Source: Candidatus Pyrohabitans jungbluthii (GTDB taxonomy: Archaea; Hydrothermarchaeota; Hydrothermarchaeia; Hydrothermarchaeales; BMS3B). Taken from it: a stretch of 64,000 nt of DNA. The notes beneath the pieces were generated by a model. It had not been told where the DNA came from and did no database searches. It worked only from the letters and a program-made list of their open reading frames with translations. The translations under genes and the position numbers were made by a program. How positions within the stretch are numbered: position 1 is the first letter of the stretch; the number at the start of each line of letters is the position of its first letter. Below are positions 35,320-44,864 of this stretch, piece after piece. Where the stretch lies: contig MTMD02000005.1 in NCBI GenBank assembly GCA_002010065.2, forward strand, positions 1-64,000, given 5' to 3'.

Positions 35320-36999
35320 TCATTTTAACTCTTCCTGTAGTGGAAAAACATTTTGGTCTTCAATAAAATCTTGCTTTATCTCATTTATAAATTCTGGAAT
35401 GTAATCGGGGAACTCATCAATAATCTTCTTAACAATATATCTATGTTTTTGAGCTTTTCTCAAACCCAACTCTTCAGATTCTCTTTTAAACTCCTCATAT
35501 CTATTATTAAGCCCGTTACTTTGGCAGTATTTCTCGAAATCCATTTTTGTTGCTGTCTCAAAGTTATTGTTAAATATTAACAATTTCTGCCCAAATCTGC
35601 CGTTTATGAGCTTAAATACTTTGCTATCTTCGATTTTTTCAATATTGTCAACTGAAATATCAAAACATTCTGCAATAGTTTCATTGTTTCTTTTATTTGA
35701 AGATTTATCTATATCATTATCAAAAACAACTAACATTGGAATATTAAATTTGTAGAACAATCTCCAATATTTTGGTATCTGAGGCTTCCCTACAACCCCT
35801 ATGACAGATATGCCTCTTTTATTTATATCAATCCCTGCTTTAGTTAATAAAAGAGGAAAGCATAATTCTTCTGTATCTCCTTCAACTAATATAATTTTCT
35901 TTGCAAAAAATGCTTCTTTTAACCTTTCGTTGGATGTAAGAGCATAAAAGTCGGTGATGTTTTCTACTGTAGATTTCCCTGCGGCACCAGTTTCATTTGA
36001 AAATTTGACTAAATCATTTTTAGAAACTTGTATTATCTTTGTACCTTTTTCTTTTGTTTTGTAAACAAGAGCTATATTTTCAAAATGCTCTGTTTCAATA
36101 AATGTTGATGAATGGGTCGTAATCATTATTTGTATATTTGAATTTCTAACTATTTCTTTGAAAATTTTAAGCAAGTGTCTTCTTGCTTGTGGATGCATAT
36201 AAATTTCAGGTTCTTCAATGATCAACAAACCTTGAGCTTCATTTTTAAAATTTTTGGCATAAGCTCTCAATAGAGAGAGAATAATAAGGTTTCTGCTACC
36301 TTCACCTAATTCTTCAATATCAATATCGTAATCATCACCCAAGATTTTATCATTTGTAAGGATGTTAATGGTTTTGAAGTAATTTAATGGAGAAAACGGC
36401 TTGAAATCAACTTTTAATTTATATGATGAATCTGCTTGCATTTCCTCAAATAATACGCAGAAATCTTCTTTAAATTGTTTAAATTCGTCAATTTTTTCTA
36501 GAATTTCCATAACTTCGTTAAATTTACTTTCTAATTCTTCTGTTAAATTTCTTTTTCTAACGAGTTTATTAAATGAGTGCGCAATTTTCCCCATCAAAGC
36601 CCATTTATTAAATGAAAGTGTTTGAGGAATACCTCTTTCAGCTGAAAGATAATTACAAGGGAAGTCTTCTTTTATATTGCTCTGATTTGACCTAATTGGA
36701 TTTCCATTTTCATCAAAGTATTTAGGCCAGCCTTTTTGGCTGTTAAATTCAACTCTTCTGCCATTATCAAACTTAATGGTTATTTCAATTGGATTGTTAG
36801 TATTCCTCATATAAAAATCTATTGAATCAATATTTTTACCCCACCATCCTTCTCCTAAAATATTATTAATAGCTCTAACTATATTCGATTTACCAGCATT
36901 ATTAGCTCCAACTAAAACCATCAGTCCGCTCTCGGGAAACCAGAATTCTAAATCTTTAATTGAACGAAAGTTTTTTATATGAACTTTTTTAATTTTCAT
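35320..36999 (-). CDS. OLD-family ATP-dependent nuclease (ABC ATPase plus TOPRIM, GajA-like)
   Basis: NFRSI, GANNAGKS, IEEPE.YMHPQ, TTHS, LVEGDTE, FDND. Confidence 0.9.
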   Translation of the reverse strand: MKIKKVHIKNFRSIKDLEFWFPESGLMVLVGANNAGKSNIVRAINNILGEGWWGKNIDSIDFYMRNTNNPIEITIKFDNGRRVEFNSQKGWPKYFDENGNPIRSNQSNIKEDFPCNYLSAERGIPQTLSFNKWALMGKIAHSFNKLVRKRNLTEELESKFNEVMEILEKIDEFKQFKEDFCVLFEEMQADSSYKLKVDFKPFSPLNYFKTINILTNDKILGDDYDIDIEELGEGSRNLIILSLLRAYAKNFKNEAQGLLIIEEPEIYMHPQARRHLLKIFKEIVRNSNIQIMITTHSSTFIETEHFENIALVYKTKEKGTKIIQVSKNDLVKFSNETGAAGKSTVENITDFYALTSNERLKEAFFAKKIILVEGDTEELCFPLLLTKAGIDINKRGISVIGVVGKPQIPKYWRLFYKFNIPMLVVFDNDIDKSSNKRNNETIAECFDISVDNIEKIEDSKVFKLINGRFGQKLLIFNNNFETATKMDFEKYCQSNGLNNRYEEFKRESEELGLRKAQKHRYIVKKIIDEFPDYIPEFINEIKQDFIEDQNVFPLQEELK

Positions 37000-37230
37000 G
37001 GCTAAACCCCCCGTTCAGGATGATTTTCTTCATCTCTTCAAGTTGAGTTATTTGGTTCTGGATTTTCTCATTTAGGGTTTTGATTTTTTCATAAACACCG
37101 TCAAGGTAATTTGCTATTTCTTTTTGCTTTTCAAGGTTTATTTGGTTGTTGTGGAAGGGGGATTTTTACTAATAAAAGCTTTTTATTGGATATTCCAATC
37201 TGCCCGATCCATTTTGTAGCTTCCTTCCTA
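36989..37230 (-). pseudogene. hsdS: Frameshifted 3' remnant of a type I restriction-modification specificity subunit
   Basis: ..VKIPLP / PFHNNQINLEKQKEIANYLD..LEEMKKIILNGGF* in two frames; its stop overlaps the OLD start. Confidence 0.7.
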
Positions 37231-37294
37231 CCACCTCCCGACATCCGAATTTAATGACTTTTGATATCACTTAAATCTTTCGCAGTGGTTTGGG

Positions 37295-38131
37295 TCAAAA
37301 GCCGCCGAATAGACTGTAAACCTCAGCCAAAAGCCACACCAGCAGCGCCGCGAAGAATACTGCGGGAAGCGCCGGGTAGGCTTTTTTAGCACTCTTCAGT
37401 GTGAAGCGCAGGAAGACGAGCATGGCTATGGCAGCTGAGAAGATAGCGGCGATTCCCCAGGCTAAGCCAAGCTCTGCGTAGCTCGCCGCAGCCACGGAGG
37501 AGGCGAAGAGCAGGTCGCCGAAGCCCAGAACAAGGCGATTTTCATCAGCAACGCCCACATCCACCCCGAAGGGTACGCCCGCTTTTTCTAACTGAGACGC
37601 AAGCTTGGGTATGGCTTGCTTTCTTAGTACATAGTAGTAGTCCAGCATGGCAAGCAGAGCCAAGCCGAGCACAAGCGCCCCGAGGCTGAGGTAGCTTGCC
37701 AGCGTGGCACCCGCTACGCCAGAGAAGCAAACGAGCTGCAGATTTCTCATCCACGGTTTAAGCTTTTTGGGAGCGGCAAAGGGCAGGAGCAGGGCTACAA
37801 GCAACACCAACAGGAAGAGAAGGCTCGGCGCAGGAAGTAGCGCCTCAAGCATTGAGAGCAGTATGAGGATTATTAGAGCGTAGCTGAAGTAGGCTGAGGC
37901 GAGAACCGCAAACTTGACCATTTTCAAGAATGCGCGAGAGCGGAAGAGGATGAGGTAGAGGTTAAGCGCAAGGATGAAGAGCACAGGCATGGCAAGAGCA
38001 TAGCCGAAGCCAGCATTCGCCTGCGTCTCCGCCTCGCCCACGCTGGGAGTGAGGAGGAGCTCATGCTGGTACAGCAGCGCTGCAGCGCCGGAGAGAAGGA
38101 GGAAGAATATTATGAGCGCTTCGCTTCTCAT
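37295..38131 (-). CDS. Presenilin/SPP-like GxGD intramembrane aspartyl protease
   Basis: Multiple TM helices, MLDY, LGFGD, PALP. Confidence 0.75.
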   Translation of the reverse strand: MRSEALIIFFLLLSGAAALLYQHELLLTPSVGEAETQANAGFGYALAMPVLFILALNLYLILFRSRAFLKMVKFAVLASAYFSYALIILILLSMLEALLPAPSLLFLLVLLVALLLPFAAPKKLKPWMRNLQLVCFSGVAGATLASYLSLGALVLGLALLAMLDYYYVLRKQAIPKLASQLEKAGVPFGVDVGVADENRLVLGFGDLLFASSVAAASYAELGLAWGIAAIFSAAIAMLVFLRFTLKSAKKAYPALPAVFFAALLVWLLAEVYSLFGGF

Positions 38132-38994
38132 TCTTCGAATATCTCCTCGGTCTCACCCCTAAAGACGCGCTTCGCGGGGCCACGCATTCGCAGGTTGACC
38201 ACCTCTCCGTCTTCCACCTCGACTTCAACGTAGAGCGTGCCACCGCGGGCGCGTATCTCTATTGGCTTCTCCGGCGAAGCCTCGCCCAGGAGCACTGCGA
38301 TGGCGCCGCATGCGGTTATACCCGTGCCGCACGCTAAGGTCTCGCCCTCCACGCCGCGCTCATAGGTGCGCACCGCGAAGAGGTTCTCTCCCAGCTTCTC
38401 CACGAAGTTGACGTTCGTGCCCTGAGGGAAAGCCTCATGGAAGCGCAGCGCCCTGCCTAAGCGGAGAACGTCTACATTGGCAAGGTCGTGCACAAATACA
38501 ACGGCGTGAGGCACGCCAGTGTTTACAGCGCTCACCTCAAGCTCCTCTCCGGCTACGCGTAGCTTCTGCTTTATAAACCTCCCTTCCCCCAGCGCAGGTA
38601 TCTCTTTTCGCAAAAATCGCGGCAAGCCCATCTCAACCCGCACTTCCTTGGCGATGCCGTCGCTGGGGTAAACCTCGACATTGAGCACTCCTGCGAGGGT
38701 CTCTATGCGCATCTTCTCCCGCTTAACTATTCCAAAGTCGTAGAGATGCTTTGCAAAGCAGCGCATGCCATTGCCGCACATCTCAGCCTCGCTGCCGTCG
38801 CTGTTGAAGTATCTGAAGCGCGCGTCTGCTTTATCGGAGCGCTCCACAAGCAGCAACCCATCGCCGCCCACGCCGAAGTGACGGTGGCACAGCTTCCTCG
38901 CCAGCTCAGGCTTTGTCTTTTCTTCGATCTCGCCACGCAGGTTCTCCACTAGAACAAAGTCGTTGCCCGCGCCGTGATACTTGTAGAATTTCAT
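38128..38994 (-). CDS. dapF: Diaminopimelate epimerase
   Basis: GAGNDF, EMCGNG, GVPH, ERG..ETLACGTG. Confidence 0.96.
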   Translation of the reverse strand: MKFYKYHGAGNDFVLVENLRGEIEEKTKPELARKLCHRHFGVGGDGLLLVERSDKADARFRYFNSDGSEAEMCGNGMRCFAKHLYDFGIVKREKMRIETLAGVLNVEVYPSDGIAKEVRVEMGLPRFLRKEIPALGEGRFIKQKLRVAGEELEVSAVNTGVPHAVVFVHDLANVDVLRLGRALRFHEAFPQGTNVNFVEKLGENLFAVRTYERGVEGETLACGTGITACGAIAVLLGEASPEKPIEIRARGGTLYVEVEVEDGEVVNLRMRGPAKRVFRGETEEIFEE

Positions 38995-39075
38995 GGCCTT
39001 GCCTCCAGTTTACTGTGTATGGTTATTGTTATGGCTAAAATTATATTTATAGCATCCTCTCATTAATGTAATATA

Positions 39076-40626
39076 ATGGGCTCCCGGTATGAAGTATGCA
39101 TTATAGGTGGGGGGATAACCGGTGCTGGCATTGCCAGAGACCTAGCAATGAGAGGTGTGGATGTAATCCTTCTGGAGCGAGGTGACCTGTCTACAGGCTC
39201 CACCGGCAGGAGCCACGGCTTACTGCACAGCGGGGGGAGGTATGTGGTCACTGACATAGATAGCGCAAGGCAGTGCGCCTCCGAGAATGAGATTTTGAGG
39301 AAAGTTGCCGGGAGCTTTATCCATGCCACGGGCGGGCTGTTCGTTTCTCTTAAGGGTGACGATGACTCCTACTTGGAAAGATTCCTGCAGGGGTGCAGGA
39401 GCGCTGGAGTGAAGGCGAGTGAGATATCGCCGGAGGAGGCTCTAAAGCTTGAGCCAAACCTGAGCAGTAGCGTAGAGGCTGCGGTGGAGGTGAACGACGC
39501 TGTTGCTGACCCCTTTATGCTCACTGTTGCAAACGCGTACGCCGCTCGCGAAGAGGGTGCTGAGATTGAGACCTACGCAAGAGTGGTGGAGATCGACGGT
39601 GAGAGGGTGGGTTACCTGCAAAATCACAGAAGGCACACGATAAAGGCAGAGGTCATAATAAACGCCTCTGGCGTTTGGGCTGGCGAAGTTGCGAAGCTTG
39701 CTGGGAAAAAGATTGAGGTTAAGGCTTACAAGGGCACCATTCTGGTCTATCAGGGTAGAGCGGTGCAGAGGGTGGTAAACCACCTCCGCCTGCCTTCGCA
39801 GGGCGACATCCTTCTCCCCCACCAGAGCACCACCCTGGTGGGCACCACCCTTATGCCAGAGGCAAAGCTTGAGAAGTTCCTAATTGAGAGAGAAGAAGTG
39901 GAGCTTCTTAAGAGGGAAGGCGCAGCCAAGGTTCCCCTCCTTCGTAAGATGAGGCTTTTAAGGGCTTACGCGGGCTTGAGACCAATAGTGGGCGAGTGGA
40001 AAGAGAGAGGTTATGCGCTTATCGAAGATGGAAACTTCATCACCATCACCGGGGGTAAGTTCACCATATTTCGATTAATGGCAGAGCGCGCGAGCGACGC
40101 CGCTTGCAGAATGCTTGGTGTTAGGGCGAGGTGCCTCACAGCGAAAGAGCCGATTATTGAGGAAGGCGAGGATGAGAAGCTGAAGGCGAAACTTGGGGAG
40201 CGCACTATGGGGAGGCTTTATAAGAAGTACGGAGCGCTTACGCAGAAGCTTTCGCTCTACGCAGGGAAAAAGAAGGTCACCTGCCTGTGCGAGGGAGTCA
40301 GCGAGGGCGAAGTGATTTTCTCGGCGAAAGAGCTTTTCTGTAAAAATATTCGCGACATAAGGCGGCGCACAAGGCTGGGAATGGGCTTCTGCCAGGGCAG
40401 GAGGTGCACCCTTGAAGCGGCTCTCGCCCTTTTCTCAGAGGGCATAATTTCTCCAGAGGAGGCGCAGATGCAGATCATAAACAGCTTAAGAGAGAGGTGG
40501 AAGGGGTTAATGCCTGTGATGGAGGAATCCTTAAAGGAGGCAAAGCTTACTGAAGCGACGTACGCATGCGCCGGCAACTACGATAAGATTAAAAAGCACA
40601 TCTCTGGGCTGGTGAGTTTCCTTTGA
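39076..40626 (+). CDS. glpA: Anaerobic glycerol-3-phosphate dehydrogenase subunit A
   Basis: GGGITG, HGLLHSGGRY, GGKFT, CLCE..RTRLGMGFCQGRRC. Confidence 0.9.
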   Translation: MGSRYEVCIIGGGITGAGIARDLAMRGVDVILLERGDLSTGSTGRSHGLLHSGGRYVVTDIDSARQCASENEILRKVAGSFIHATGGLFVSLKGDDDSYLERFLQGCRSAGVKASEISPEEALKLEPNLSSSVEAAVEVNDAVADPFMLTVANAYAAREEGAEIETYARVVEIDGERVGYLQNHRRHTIKAEVIINASGVWAGEVAKLAGKKIEVKAYKGTILVYQGRAVQRVVNHLRLPSQGDILLPHQSTTLVGTTLMPEAKLEKFLIEREEVELLKREGAAKVPLLRKMRLLRAYAGLRPIVGEWKERGYALIEDGNFITITGGKFTIFRLMAERASDAACRMLGVRARCLTAKEPIIEEGEDEKLKAKLGERTMGRLYKKYGALTQKLSLYAGKKKVTCLCEGVSEGEVIFSAKELFCKNIRDIRRRTRLGMGFCQGRRCTLEAALALFSEGIISPEEAQMQIINSLRERWKGLMPVMEESLKEAKLTEATYACAGNYDKIKKHISGLVSFL

Positions 40627-41678
40627 AGCTGGTGGTTATAGGCTCGGGCATCGCTGGCATCGTAGCTGCGCTGAGAGCAGCATCTCTAAAAAGGGAAGTG
40701 CTCCTGGTATCTCAGGGCAAGAGTGCCACTTCTCGTTCGCTGGGCGTGGTGGACGTGCTGGGTTATCTCAATGGAGAGGAAGTTAAAAGCCCTGAAGAGG
40801 GGATAAAGACGCTCGCCGAGACGAAGGAGGAGCATCCATACTCTCTGCTGGGGTTTAAAAAGGTGGCAGAAAGCCTGAATTTCTTTAAAAGCATGGCAGA
40901 GAAGGCTGGCATTCCCTTCAAAGGCAGTATTGAGAAGAACATCCATGTGGCGACGCAGTTCGGTACCGTCAAGCCTACTTGCCTCGCCCTAGACGAAGTC
41001 TACAATGCCAGGGTTGAGGAGTGGCACACCAGGGCTGTGGCTATCGCCGGGAAGGAGGAGAGGAATTTCAATCCCGGCTTTGTCGCCGCATCCCTGGCAG
41101 AGCTCCTACCGAAGCTTGGAATTGCTCAGCCAGCGAGAATTTCAGGCAGCGAGCATGGCGACCTCGTGATTAAACCTCTAGAGCAGATTGCACCGGGGGA
41201 AAAGGCTTATGCCCTGCCCATTCTGGGAGACGGCAGCTTTATTGCGCAGAGGCTTCTGGAGCATGCTGTAAAGCTCGGGGTAAAGGTGGTGGAGGACAGG
41301 ATTGACAGAGCGAGGGTTGAGGGAGGTGAGGTAAAGGAGGTAATGGGAAAAGAGAGCTATAAGGGTGATGCCTTTATTCTTGCCACCGGTGACTGGGTGG
41401 GAGGCGGTCTCTCAGGGTTAAAGGAAAAGGTGTTTGGACTGGAGCTACTCAGGGTTGAGGGGAAGCTTGTAAGGAAGACGCCTTTTCCGGAGAAGGGGCA
41501 CCCTTACTCCAGGGTGGGCGTTAAGGTCGATGAAAGTCTCAGCCCATTTTATAGAGGGGAAAAAATATCCAATTTAAAGGTGGCAGGTGCGCTGCTGGGA
41601 GGCTATGACTACTGCACTGAGAAGAGTGGCTGGGGCGTGGCTATCGCAAGTGCATACGTGGCAGGAGGTATGGAATGA
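40623..41678 (+). CDS. glpB: Glycerol-3-phosphate dehydrogenase subunit B
   Basis: GSGIAG, FGTVKPT, LATG...GG, EKSGWGVA. Confidence 0.8.
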   Translation: MKLVVIGSGIAGIVAALRAASLKREVLLVSQGKSATSRSLGVVDVLGYLNGEEVKSPEEGIKTLAETKEEHPYSLLGFKKVAESLNFFKSMAEKAGIPFKGSIEKNIHVATQFGTVKPTCLALDEVYNARVEEWHTRAVAIAGKEERNFNPGFVAASLAELLPKLGIAQPARISGSEHGDLVIKPLEQIAPGEKAYALPILGDGSFIAQRLLEHAVKLGVKVVEDRIDRARVEGGEVKEVMGKESYKGDAFILATGDWVGGGLSGLKEKVFGLELLRVEGKLVRKTPFPEKGHPYSRVGVKVDESLSPFYRGEKISNLKVAGALLGGYDYCTEKSGWGVAIASAYVAGGME

Positions 41679-42448
41679 AGGACTATAAGGGCTACATATT
41701 TGACATGGACGGCGTGGTTTATCGAGGAAACACGCTTATTCCGGGGGCGGTGGAGACACTGGAGTCTCTAAAAAGGAGAGGCAAAAGGCTTGTGTTTGTG
41801 AGCAACAACTCCACAAGGGCGAGGGACGACTACGCGGAGAGGATTAGAGAGATGGGGCTGCCCATAGAAATGGATGAAGTAATCCCGGCCACCTATGCCA
41901 CAGCTCGCTTTCTTGCAGATAACTATACGGAGAAGAGGATATTCGTGGTGGGTGCCCTGGGGCTGATAAAGGAGCTTCTCAGGGCAGAGCTTACGTTGGT
42001 GGATACCCCTGAAAAGGCGGACATCCTCGTTACAGGCTCAGACCCGGCGATTAACTACCAGAAGCTGAGCCAGGCGACCTCGCTATTGCTCAAAGGCAAG
42101 CTGTGGGTTACTACCAACACTGACAAGCTGTACCCAGCGGAGGATAGGATAATCCCCGGCACTGGCGCGGTGGTGGGGGCGCTGCAGTACATCACAGGCA
42201 GGGCTCCGGATGTGGTAATCGGTAAGCCCTCAAGGCACATAATGGAGCAGGCACTTAAAGCTCTTGGCGTTGAGAGAGAGGATTGCCTTATGGTTGGGGA
42301 CATTATTGAGAGCGACGTTCTGGCAGGGAAGAATGCTGGAATAGATACCGCTCTCGTCCTCACAGGGGTAACAAGCCGTGAGGATGTGGAAAGGTCGGAA
42401 ATAAAGCCTGATTATGTGCTGAATAGCATAAAAGACCTGGAGGGGTGA
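41675..42448 (+). CDS. HAD-IIA (NagD-like) phosphatase
   Basis: FDMDGV, SNNS, GKP, MVGD..SD..AG. Confidence 0.9.
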   Translation: MKDYKGYIFDMDGVVYRGNTLIPGAVETLESLKRRGKRLVFVSNNSTRARDDYAERIREMGLPIEMDEVIPATYATARFLADNYTEKRIFVVGALGLIKELLRAELTLVDTPEKADILVTGSDPAINYQKLSQATSLLLKGKLWVTTNTDKLYPAEDRIIPGTGAVVGALQYITGRAPDVVIGKPSRHIMEQALKALGVEREDCLMVGDIIESDVLAGKNAGIDTALVLTGVTSREDVERSEIKPDYVLNSIKDLEG

Positions 42449-43680
42449 AGGTGCTAAGGGAGTTTATAGGGGATGAGCTCATAAAAGCATTGGAAAGGGC
42501 AAAAGAAGGGATTTGCTCAGTGGAGTTCAGGGATGTAGTAATTGTACATCACAACGACGCCGACGGGATATGCGCGGGTACAATTCTTTACAAATCCTTC
42601 TCTGCCTTGGGAATGAAGCCAGGGATGGTGTGCATTGAGAAGGTTCACCCAGCGATAATAGAGAAGATTCACGCCAGGGAAGATTCCCTTATTGTTTACA
42701 CAGACCTGGGAGGTTTAGCGGGGGATATAATCAGAGATATGGATGCAGGAAGAAACTTGGTTTTAATTCTAGACCATCATCCAGCAAAGGAGGTAAGTGG
42801 AGAGAAAATTCTGGTAATAGACTCGGAGCTTTTCGGGGTCAGCGGCGATGTTTTCATCTCAGCCTCCACTCTCACCTACCTCTTCTGCAGGTATATTACT
42901 GATTCAGAGATAGAGGGCTGCGCCACCCTAGCTGTGGTGGGCTCAGTTGGAGACTACCACGACAGGAGCGGCGGTATTCTGGGCTATGACCGCTATGCAC
43001 TGGAGCAGGCTATAGACGCTGGTGAGGCGAAGATTAAGATTGATGACAGCAGGGAGAGGTATTTCCTTAATAAGTTTAACGAGTTCGCCGACGTTGTGGC
43101 AGACTACCTTACCACCCTTGGCTCAGTTGGATACTATGAGGGAGGCTATAAACTGGGCATGGAGGCAGCTCTGCATGGGTTTTCAGATGAGGTAATAAAG
43201 CGAGCCAACGAGCTGAAAAGGCTGAAAGATGAGAAGTTTAAGCGGAAGATTGAGGAGCTGAAAAATGGGGGAATTCGGAAGGAAAAGCATGTGCAGTGGT
43301 TCCACGTGGGCAGGGATTTCATGCCCATGGGGGTTAAGGTTATAGGGCTTTTCTGCCATGGGATTAAGGATATGAGCTTTATCGACGAGGATAAGTTTGT
43401 AGCAGGTTTTCAGGATTTTATACCAGAGCTGCCAGACTTGGGGAGAATAGACTGGGAGGGTGTGAAGGTTAGCTTCAGGGCTCCTGCGCCTCTGGAGAGG
43501 AAAGTTCTCTCGGGAGAGGTGCCTGGATTAGATATAACCCTGCCCAGAGCTACAGAACGCGTGGGAGGCACAGCCGACGCAAGCCACCGCATAGCTGCTG
43601 CTTCGCTGATAGATAAAGACAGGGAAGAGGAGCTTATCCGCGAGTGGGAGGCGATTATGGAGGAGCTTAGCTCCACCTAA
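42445..43680 (+). CDS. DHH-family phosphoesterase
   Basis: HHNDADG, TD, LDHH, VGD. Confidence 0.8.
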   Translation: MKVLREFIGDELIKALERAKEGICSVEFRDVVIVHHNDADGICAGTILYKSFSALGMKPGMVCIEKVHPAIIEKIHAREDSLIVYTDLGGLAGDIIRDMDAGRNLVLILDHHPAKEVSGEKILVIDSELFGVSGDVFISASTLTYLFCRYITDSEIEGCATLAVVGSVGDYHDRSGGILGYDRYALEQAIDAGEAKIKIDDSRERYFLNKFNEFADVVADYLTTLGSVGYYEGGYKLGMEAALHGFSDEVIKRANELKRLKDEKFKRKIEELKNGGIRKEKHVQWFHVGRDFMPMGVKVIGLFCHGIKDMSFIDEDKFVAGFQDFIPELPDLGRIDWEGVKVSFRAPAPLERKVLSGEVPGLDITLPRATERVGGTADASHRIAAASLIDKDREEELIREWEAIMEELSST

Positions 43681-43765
43681 CCCGCCTTCCCTATTCTCAG
43701 CGCATCAGTTCACCGCCAAGCTTAGGCCCATGTTGCCAACGGGACGGCTAGCTACATTTTATACT

Positions 43766-44236
43766 TCATTTAATTGCTAGGCACTTAACCCCCTCTCCGC
43801 CGAGCATGAGCTGCCTGAGCTTCTTCTCACAGTAGTCCACCCACGGCGAAAGATGCGCCACCACCACTTCCACATTTTGGTGGTTTATAGTGCCTTGCTT
43901 CTGTCTGTGCAGGCAGGTAAGAAGCTCCTGGTATGCTTTCATTGCAGCCTCAACCTCACCGCACGCTTCGTAGAGGCGAGCCGCATGCATGTAGCAGTTC
44001 GTTGCCAGGTCTACCATGAACATTGCCAGCTCATGACGATGGCTGCGGATATTCTCATAAACCGTGAGGTAGCTGTCGCCGGCGAGCTGATAAAACACCG
44101 CTGCAAGCGCATGCCCTTCCACTTCGCAAGCGCGCTCCATGAAGCTCTTAGCCAGCTCAATCACCGCACCTAAGCCAAGGCGCATCGCAGCCTCAAGCGC
44201 TTCATAGCCTCTTGCCAGTTCCGCGTCTACATCCAT
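43766..44236 (-). CDS. Hypothetical helical-repeat (TPR/SNAP-like) protein
   Basis: Repeating A..FY..AG..Y / A..CY..AA..Y pattern. Confidence 0.5.
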   Translation of the reverse strand: MDVDAELARGYEALEAAMRLGLGAVIELAKSFMERACEVEGHALAAVFYQLAGDSYLTVYENIRSHRHELAMFMVDLATNCYMHAARLYEACGEVEAAMKAYQELLTCLHRQKQGTINHQNVEVVVAHLSPWVDYCEKKLRQLMLGGEGVKCLAIK

Positions 44237-44278
44237 GCCCTCACATCTACCCAAAGGCTTAAATATCTGACGATTCTA

Positions 44279-44292
44279 TTAACATATGTTAA
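44279..44292. promoter_or_regulatory. Perfect 14-bp palindrome, putative ArsR autoregulatory operator
   Basis: TTAACATATGTTAA just before ATG 44298. Confidence 0.5.
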
Positions 44293-44297
44293 CCAAA

Positions 44298-44864
44298 ATG
44301 GCAACAATAAAGGACATCTTCGGTGTGCTCAGAAGCAAAACCAGGAGGGAAATCCTCAGGTTACTCCTGAAGAAGGAGATGCACCTCTCAGGCATAGCTC
44401 GCGAGCTTGGCATCTCAGTACCTCAAGCATCGAAGCACTGCAGGCTGCTGGAGGAGAAGGGTTTAATAGAGCGCAGAACCTTCGGCAGGACAAATGTACT
44501 AAGAGCGAAGCCAGAGAGAATATACGAGCTTCTAGAGTACTTCGCAGAGGAGGTGAGCGTAGAGGTGCCGGCAGGAACGAATGTGCTCGACGCTCTGAAG
44601 CAGGTGGCAAATGTACAGGTGGAGCGCGTGGGCGCTCGCGGCTTTGTGGTGAGCATAGACGGAGAGGAGGGCTACTACATCTATGAGGTCAACGGCAGGC
44701 TTCCAGACGTGCCAATGCACGAGTTCACGCTGAGCGAAGATGTCACCGTGGAGCTCAAGAAGATTGTAAACGTGCCAAAGAAGCGGATGAAAATTAGGGT
44801 TAAGAGGGGGTATCCCTCGCCGAGGGAGGGCGTGCTCAAATCACAAGGCTCACATTCTCCTTGA
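44298..44864 (+). CDS. ArsR-family regulator fused to a DUF4430-like beta-grasp domain
   Basis: TRREIL..HLS.IARELGIS...SKH...LE..GLI; then NVLDALK..FVVSIDG..YEVNG. Confidence 0.75.
   Translation: MATIKDIFGVLRSKTRREILRLLLKKEMHLSGIARELGISVPQASKHCRLLEEKGLIERRTFGRTNVLRAKPERIYELLEYFAEEVSVEVPAGTNVLDALKQVANVQVERVGARGFVVSIDGEEGYYIYEVNGRLPDVPMHEFTLSEDVTVELKKIVNVPKKRMKIRVKRGYPSPREGVLKSQGSHSP

Larger units (their letters stand above)
33108..37290. mobile_element. AT-rich horizontally acquired island with a cassette-like defence cargo
   Basis: Abrupt switch to AT-rich sequence and codon usage between tupC and the presenilin-like gene; two attC-like sites; hsdS remnant; boundaries approximate. Confidence 0.75.

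Noticed and set aside
33249-36999. Canonical Gabija call
   Set aside because: The helicase has DUF2075-type motifs and an extra N-terminal domain rather than GajB/UvrD features, and an attC-like site separates the genes.
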